Assembly: GCA_963733055.1 (NCBI GenBank)
Contig: CAVTBR010000003.1
Span: 1-64,000 of the forward strand
Source of the DNA: Candidatus Bathyarchaeota archaeon
Lineage (GTDB): Archaea > Thermoproteota > Bathyarchaeia > 40CM-2-53-6
DNA length: 64,000 nucleotides
Reading direction: 5' to 3'
Under the pieces are notes generated by a model. The model ran no database searches, was not told the origin of the DNA, and worked only from the letters and a program-made list of their open reading frames with translations. This document shows, in pieces, positions 58,899 through 64,000 of the stretch; position 1 is the first letter of the stretch, and the number at the start of each line of letters is the position of its first letter. The translations under genes were made by a program, and so were the position numbers.

Positions 58899-60230
58899 TT
58901 ACGTGGGGAAGTCCTGGATAAATCCGCCACGCATCATGTATCTCGTCTGTTCGCGTGCTCGCTTGATGATAGATCTGGCGCTCTCGTAAACTTCCTGTCG
59001 AGTTCTCTTCAGTCTGGCGACTCCTTGCTCAACCGCCTTCTCGGCGACAGCCGTCGCTTCGCGCGGAAATACTTCCCAATCATCCATTGTCGGAATGATG
59101 TTTTTCGCGGACAACCCCCGTTCCTCGGCAAGTTTAGCGAGTTCAGCCGCCGCTGCCAGGCACATTTCATCGGTAATGGTTCGTGCGCGTACGTCAATTG
59201 TTCCCCTGAATATTCCAGGAAACCCTAGCGAATTGTTTAGTTGGTTTACAAAATCAGAACGTCCAGTTGCGACAACAGCGGCGCCACTCTCCTCTGCCTC
59301 CCATGGCCAGATCTCGGGTACGGGGTTCGCGCATGCGAAGATGATTGCCTTGTCAGCCATTTTTGAGACGAAGTTCCTAGTTATGACGCCGGGTCCGGGT
59401 GTCGACAGTGCGATGCATGCATCAGCTCCAACCATGGAGGCTTCGATGCCACCTTCCCGTCCCTCAGAATTGGTATCTTGACAGAGTTTCCATTTCTTAG
59501 GCGTGTTTTGTAAGTCCTTCCTGTTTCGGTGGAGTGTGCCTTTGCTGTCTACGAGGATCATGTTTCCTGCCCTAGCACCAGATAGTATTAGTAAACGTGC
59601 CAGTGCGACGTTGGCTGCTCCAGCTCCAATCATTGAGATCTTTACGTCTGATACCTTCTTTCCGACAACCTTGAGGGCGTTTATGAAACCGGCTAGTACC
59701 ACGGTGGCTGTGCCTTGTTGGTCGTCATGCCAAACGGGTATGTCTAGCTGCTTCTGTAGAGTGTCAAGGATTTCGAAGCATTTCGGCTGGGCTATGTCTT
59801 CAAGGTTTATTCCTGCGAATGATGGTTTGATCCATTTAACTGCCGAGATAATTTCTTCTGGTTTCTTGGTACCTAGGCAGATGGGAAATGCGTCTATTCC
59901 GCCCAAGTATTTGTAGAGCAAGGCTTTGCCCTCCATGACCGGGAGGCCTGCTTCGGGCCCGATGTCACCGAGGCCTAAAACGCGGGATCCATCGGTAACG
60001 ATGGCTATTGTATTCCATTTGTTCGTGTTCTCGAAAACAGCTTCAGGTCTGGCTTTGATCTCATCGCAAGCCTCAGCGACACCAGGGGTGTACCATATCG
60101 CGAAATCGTCGAAGGACCGAACTGGAACCTTGGGTACGATTTCGATTTTTCCACGATAGAATGGGTGATATTTTTTCGCTAGTTGAGCTGGAAGGTATGC
60201 TTTCCGAAGAGACTCCTCGTCTGATGTCAT
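58899..60230 (-). CDS. NAD(P)-dependent malic enzyme
   Basis: YTPGVA, LPVMEGK, NLEDI, HDDQQGT, GAGAA and ANPVPEI motifs. Confidence 0.94.
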   Translation of the reverse strand: MTSDEESLRKAYLPAQLAKKYHPFYRGKIEIVPKVPVRSFDDFAIWYTPGVAEACDEIKARPEAVFENTNKWNTIAIVTDGSRVLGLGDIGPEAGLPVMEGKALLYKYLGGIDAFPICLGTKKPEEIISAVKWIKPSFAGINLEDIAQPKCFEILDTLQKQLDIPVWHDDQQGTATVVLAGFINALKVVGKKVSDVKISMIGAGAANVALARLLILSGARAGNMILVDSKGTLHRNRKDLQNTPKKWKLCQDTNSEGREGGIEASMVGADACIALSTPGPGVITRNFVSKMADKAIIFACANPVPEIWPWEAEESGAAVVATGRSDFVNQLNNSLGFPGIFRGTIDVRARTITDEMCLAAAAELAKLAEERGLSAKNIIPTMDDWEVFPREATAVAEKAVEQGVARLKRTRQEVYESARSIIKRAREQTRYMMRGGFIQDFPT

Positions 60231-60357
60231 GGTTTTGATTCCGCTTACTTGTTTGCAAGCCGCTTAAATAGCAGCGCGACTTTTCACATTGCTTGAAGTT
60301 CAGAGACGCGTCATTTGTCTTAAAGTTAAGCTTCGAAAAGGTTGGTCGAAATTTACA

Positions 60358-60789
60358 ATGGGTGCCCAGAAATATCTTACTCATACATGGTTGGGACGTG
60401 AAAAGGGTGACTTACAGCTTTACCTTCGTCAGCTCGCGATAGTGTGGCGGCGCGAACCTACCGTTCACAGAGTCGAGCATCCGACTAGGCTGGATCGGGC
60501 GAGGACGTTGGGGTACAAAGCGAAACAGGGCTACGTAGTTGTCAGGGTTAGGATAAGGAAGGGCGGGGCACGCAAACCGCGACCCAGATCGGGGCGTAGG
60601 CAAAAAGCCTTGGGAGTCACGAGATTCACGCGCGCAATGAGTCTGAAGAACATCGCGGAGGAGAAAGCGAGAAAGAGATATCCAAACCTTCGAGTACTCA
60701 ATTCATACTACGTCTGGGAAGACGGAAGGCATCATTGGTATGAAACCATCATGCGGGACCCACACAACCCCGTATCCAAGGAAAACTGA
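60358..60789 (+). CDS. rpl15e: 50S ribosomal protein eL15, C-terminally short
   Basis: PTRLDRARTLGYKAKQG, RKRYPNLRVLNSY. Confidence 0.93.
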   Translation: MGAQKYLTHTWLGREKGDLQLYLRQLAIVWRREPTVHRVEHPTRLDRARTLGYKAKQGYVVVRVRIRKGGARKPRPRSGRRQKALGVTRFTRAMSLKNIAEEKARKRYPNLRVLNSYYVWEDGRHHWYETIMRDPHNPVSKEN

Positions 60790-60842
60790 AACCGGCCAAA
60801 GTCCACGTAGTAAGTCCTGCTGATTCCTAGAGGTTTTCGTAT

Positions 60843-61205
60843 CTACAGTAAGGACAATTCGCCCGTGATCTTGTCAACAAGCTCTGCTGGTGCGGGGCCG
60901 ATTCCGACACAAGTCGCCGTTCCCGGGTCTATCTGAGTTAAGCCGCTGTCATGAATAATCGTCGCTACCAATCCTAACTCCTCTGCATCTCTCTTGAGAT
61001 GTTCAAGGTCACTCTCGGTATTCACCTTGACCACGATTTTGCGTTGTCCTTCCTCAAACCATTGCTTCCACCATTCTGGGTGTCGTCTCCTGGTTTCTTC
61101 TGCCGCGGTTACTGAAGCATGGCTGACTTGAACCGCGATCTTTCCCTTGCCCATCTCCAGGTCACGCCTAACCGCAATGGCTAATTTGTACTTGAAATCG
61201 CTCGT
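60843..61205 (-). CDS. pth2: peptidyl-tRNA hydrolase Pth2, apparent ACG start
   Basis: (ACG)SDFKYKLAIAVRRDLEMGKGKIAVQVSHA...GQRKIVVK...DSGLTQ...GIGP. Confidence 0.92.
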   Translation of the reverse strand, partial: TSDFKYKLAIAVRRDLEMGKGKIAVQVSHASVTAAEETRRRHPEWWKQWFEEGQRKIVVKVNTESDLEHLKRDAEELGLVATIIHDSGLTQIDPGTATCVGIGPAPAELVDKITGELSLL

Positions 61206-61270
61206 GGTTTAATCCTCGGCTTTATCTTGTCGCTGTCCCAAATAAGCGAAGAGATGGGCGGTAAGCTTTC

Positions 61271-61735
61271 TTGAAGTCGGGCCAGAGTATCCAGACAATT
61301 GAGATAAGCACCATTGCTCATGCAACAGATGACTTGGACAAAGTACAGCAAGCATTAGCACGTTTAGTCCCTGATTCACTGAAAAGTCGACAGCTATTCA
61401 CGCGTCGTTACATGCAGGGTCACTACGGCAACCCTATAGTGACGTTTGAAGCCCGGCTCACAAAAGGATCGGAAATTGACGAGTTTACAACCTTCCTTCG
61501 GAGCCAACTCGCACACAAGGACAAACTCACAATTCAGCGAGACCTAAGCCTTTATTCTGACGGTGACGGGAATCTTTACATTCGCATCGATAAGCAAAGT
61601 TTGTTTCGCGGAATCGTGCAGCTCGGAGAAGAAGACTCGATTAGAGTGCGAATGAAATTCACTAGGTTCACGGGCCAAGCCTCTGACCTGATGATCAAAT
61701 ACCTGGAGTCGGAAGAGAACTGTCAAACTTCGTAG
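61271..61735 (+). CDS. exosome-locus RNA-binding protein (COG1325-like)
   Basis: HATDDLDKV, GHYGNPI and LYIRIDKQ motifs. Confidence 0.85.
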   Translation: MKSGQSIQTIEISTIAHATDDLDKVQQALARLVPDSLKSRQLFTRRYMQGHYGNPIVTFEARLTKGSEIDEFTTFLRSQLAHKDKLTIQRDLSLYSDGDGNLYIRIDKQSLFRGIVQLGEEDSIRVRMKFTRFTGQASDLMIKYLESEENCQTS

Positions 61736-62430
61736 ACCTCCATATCCTCCCCAAAGTCGATGACGCGAACGAGTGCGCGCGTGTCGCTCAAATCCTCAAG
61801 GCTGCGGGCTACTCGACCGTAGGGCTTACGATCCCTACTGGCCTTCTGGTTGAGCGTGTCAATTCTATTCGACGAATATTTGAAGATCAAGGAATTGCAA
61901 CCGCGCTTCGGATAGATGTCGGATCCCCTTCTAGAATGGAACTGCTCCGATCGCTTCGGAGATTCAGAAACGGCTACGATATAGTCGGGGTGAAGTGTGC
62001 GAATCCCCGGGTTGCAACAGTTGCATGTAGAGACCGGAGGGTTGATGTTGTGTTCTTCGATCCCTTTTTGCGAGGTGTGCGATTCAGTCATTCTCTTGCA
62101 CGCCTACTTCATGGTGCCCTCGAAATCAACTTGATCGCCGACATACTCTCGTCAACCGACGGCGGTATCCTGTCTAGAATGCGGAAGACTATCGCCGTTG
62201 CCCATGAGCATAACGTGAAAGTCGTGTTATCGAGTGGAGCGAGAACGGCCGAGATGGTGAGAAGTCCGATTCAGTTAAGTGCCATCGCCTCAACCCTTGG
62301 GCTCGGAGGAGCGGTCTCGATGGGCGCGGTGTCAATAGTGCCGGCGTCCATCATAACTGAGAATGCTGAGAAGCGGAAGCCCGAGTACGTGGAAGAAGGC
62401 GTGAGAATAGTTGTATCATCACGGCGTTGA
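61720..62430 (+). CDS. rnp3: RNase P subunit Rpp30, apparent CTG start
   Basis: (CTG)SNFVDLH...RVDVV...LEIN...LSSGA...RSP. Confidence 0.85.
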   Translation: MSNFVDLHILPKVDDANECARVAQILKAAGYSTVGLTIPTGLLVERVNSIRRIFEDQGIATALRIDVGSPSRMELLRSLRRFRNGYDIVGVKCANPRVATVACRDRRVDVVFFDPFLRGVRFSHSLARLLHGALEINLIADILSSTDGGILSRMRKTIAVAHEHNVKVVLSSGARTAEMVRSPIQLSAIASTLGLGGAVSMGAVSIVPASIITENAEKRKPEYVEEGVRIVVSSRR

Positions 62431-62433
62431 GCT

Positions 62434-62757
62434 ATGATGACTCGGCGCTACCTACTTGTGAAAGTCCTTTACGGCAGGGATTTTACTGATCAACAGTTCC
62501 ACGACACACTCAACTCGTCGGTACGTACGCATTTCGGCGACGTCGGTTTTGCACGTATGGATCCAAAGATTATAAAATTCAGCCAAAACACATCGACCAG
62601 CATCGTTTCCTGTGAAAAAAGCGCGGTCCAGGAACTTGCGTCCGCTTTAGCCCTTATCACTGATTGCGGTGGAACCAGTATTACATTCTTGGTGCTGGCT
62701 GCCTCTGGAACTATCAAAGGGCTACGAAAACGAAAGTTTGGGCAACGTTTTTCATGA
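62434..62757 (+). CDS. rnp2: RNase P subunit Pop5/Rpp14
   Basis: RRYL, FGDVG and SGTIKGL motifs. Confidence 0.88.
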   Translation: MMTRRYLLVKVLYGRDFTDQQFHDTLNSSVRTHFGDVGFARMDPKIIKFSQNTSTSIVSCEKSAVQELASALALITDCGGTSITFLVLAASGTIKGLRKRKFGQRFS

Positions 62758-62777
62758 AGCGACTGGACTCTGATTGA

Positions 62778-62849
62778 GGGGATGACGAAGCCAGTCCCAG
62801 TCAGATCTCTTTGCTGAAGATATGACGACCTCAGCGACGGTCGGACCCC
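62778..62849 (+). ncRNA. candidate box C/D sRNA
   Basis: GGGG-AUGACGA-13nt-CAGA-16nt-AUGACGA-13nt-CGGA-CCCC. Confidence 0.4.
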
Positions 62850-63006
62850 ACAATTACGATTTGGAGATTTGTGGATGCCGTTTCATTTCGTCGTGACTCA
62901 GTGATTCTGGATCTGGTCACAATATTTCCAGTAGGATACGCGGAGTAAAGGGTTTAATTAGGGAATACTACTCAAATGGCTGAATTTCGTAACAGGTGAA
63001 TTTGAA

Positions 63007-63753
63007 TTGTCAATGTTTGCCGTTCCGGGCGCATACGACCGCGCGATCACAGTTTTCTCACCAGATGGACGCCTATTCCAGGTTGAGTACGCGTCCGAGA
63101 CCGTAAAGAGAGGAGCTACCGTTCTCGGCATTGCATGCCCCGAGGGCGTAGTCTTAGCAGCCGAAGAACGTGCCACATCAAAACTCCAAGATCCTACATT
63201 CATGTGGAAGATCTTTCAAATCGACGAACATGTAGGCGCGGCTGTTGCCGGATTAAGCTGCGACGCCCACATTTTAGTCGACCAAGCGTGCGTCTACGCT
63301 CAATCAAACCGACTCCTCTACGATGAACCCATTGACGTAGAGATTCTAACGAGGAGAATTGGGGAGATAAAGCAGCTTTACACGCAGCACGCGGGAGTTC
63401 GTCCGTTCGGAATATCGATGCTGTTTGGCGGTCTGGATCGAAAGGGCAGTAGACTTTTCTGGACAGACCCAAGTGGTGCTTTTCTTGCCTACAAGGCTTG
63501 GGCCATCGGTGCGGGGGGCGACGCCGCCAACGAAATTCTTGAAGCCGACTACAAGGACACTATGACACTTGACGACGCTTTAGCCCTTGCTCTGAAATGC
63601 ATGGGCAAAGTATTGGAAGACAAGTTGGACGCACAGAAAATCAGAATTGCAACTGTATCCGCTGCTACCAAGAAGTTTACCAAACTCACCCAGGACGATG
63701 TTGACAAGTATATCAAACGGCTTGATTCGACGAAAAAGGCCGCTAGCCGATGA
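63007..63753 (+). CDS. psmA: proteasome alpha subunit
   Basis: YDRAITVFSPDGRLFQVEYA, RPFG and TDPSG motifs. Confidence 0.97.
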   Translation: MSMFAVPGAYDRAITVFSPDGRLFQVEYASETVKRGATVLGIACPEGVVLAAEERATSKLQDPTFMWKIFQIDEHVGAAVAGLSCDAHILVDQACVYAQSNRLLYDEPIDVEILTRRIGEIKQLYTQHAGVRPFGISMLFGGLDRKGSRLFWTDPSGAFLAYKAWAIGAGGDAANEILEADYKDTMTLDDALALALKCMGKVLEDKLDAQKIRIATVSAATKKFTKLTQDDVDKYIKRLDSTKKAASR

Positions 63754-64000
63754 GTGAAAAATTCACTACGGCTCGAATCTCAAAAAGCGGAGAAAAATTC
63801 GAAATCCTGGTTAAACCCGACCCTGCATTAGAGTACAAGATGGGAAAGCAGCTAGGCATATCCCAGCTCCTAGTCATAGACGAAGTCTACACCGACGCGG
63901 GGAAAGGCACTCACGCCTCCGCGGAAAAACTACAGAAAGCCTTCGGCACGGAAGACCCGGTTGCGATTGTGGAAGAGATAATGAAGCATGGCGAGCTTCA
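63750..64000 (+). CDS. sdo1: ribosome maturation factor SBDS/Sdo1 (partial, runs off the window)
   Basis: MSEKFTTARISKSGEKFEILVKP...YTDAGKG...LQKAFGTED...HGELQ; follows psmA. Confidence 0.92.
   Translation, partial: MSEKFTTARISKSGEKFEILVKPDPALEYKMGKQLGISQLLVIDEVYTDAGKGTHASAEKLQKAFGTEDPVAIVEEIMKHGEL

Noticed and set aside
3607-59916. Many long antisense or overlapping ORFs in the ORF track (e.g. 3607..4110, 46098..46562, 59503..59916)
   Set aside because: Shadow ORFs opposite well-supported genes, with no recognisable motifs.
1-64000. CRISPR arrays, transposases, rRNA genes
   Set aside because: No periodic repeat-spacer pattern, transposase motif or rRNA-like stretch seen.

Overview
Archaeal chromosomal DNA, most likely from a TACK-group archaeon such as Bathyarchaeia (inferred from gene content, gene order and frequent TTG starts). 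About 1-14.4 kb is an accessory copper/redox island: TlpA thioredoxin, P1B ATPase, DedA, di-heme cytochrome b, Rieske protein, two cupredoxins, an NrfC/NrfD pair, a Tat-signal MoaD/ubiquitin-like protein and wHTH regulators. It carries many single-base indels that look like long-read errors. Next come an MFS transporter, an S9 peptidase, a tRNA-Gly(CCC) with three bulge-helix-bulge (BHB) introns, a short ORFan patch, and then housekeeping genes (EF-2, FEN1, ligase, Dph6, MtaD, AhcY, ECF, prefoldin, an Smc5/6-like SMC-kleisin-KITE operon, Gar1, TFB, IleRS, SdhA, GABA shunt, KEOPS, uS15-RecJ-Pcc1-eS1, GlmU, YchF, NpdG, malic enzyme, eL15, Pth2, RNase P subunits, PsmA, SBDS). The standout observation is a 27-nt insertion with an in-frame stop in the EF-2 gene that folds into a canonical BHB motif; canonical cleavage restores IRNMGIIAHVDHGKT exactly. 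This looks like an endonuclease-spliced mRNA intron in an essential translation factor. Three conserved genes also appear to start at ACG or CTG. All product calls come from motif recognition by eye, not database searches.
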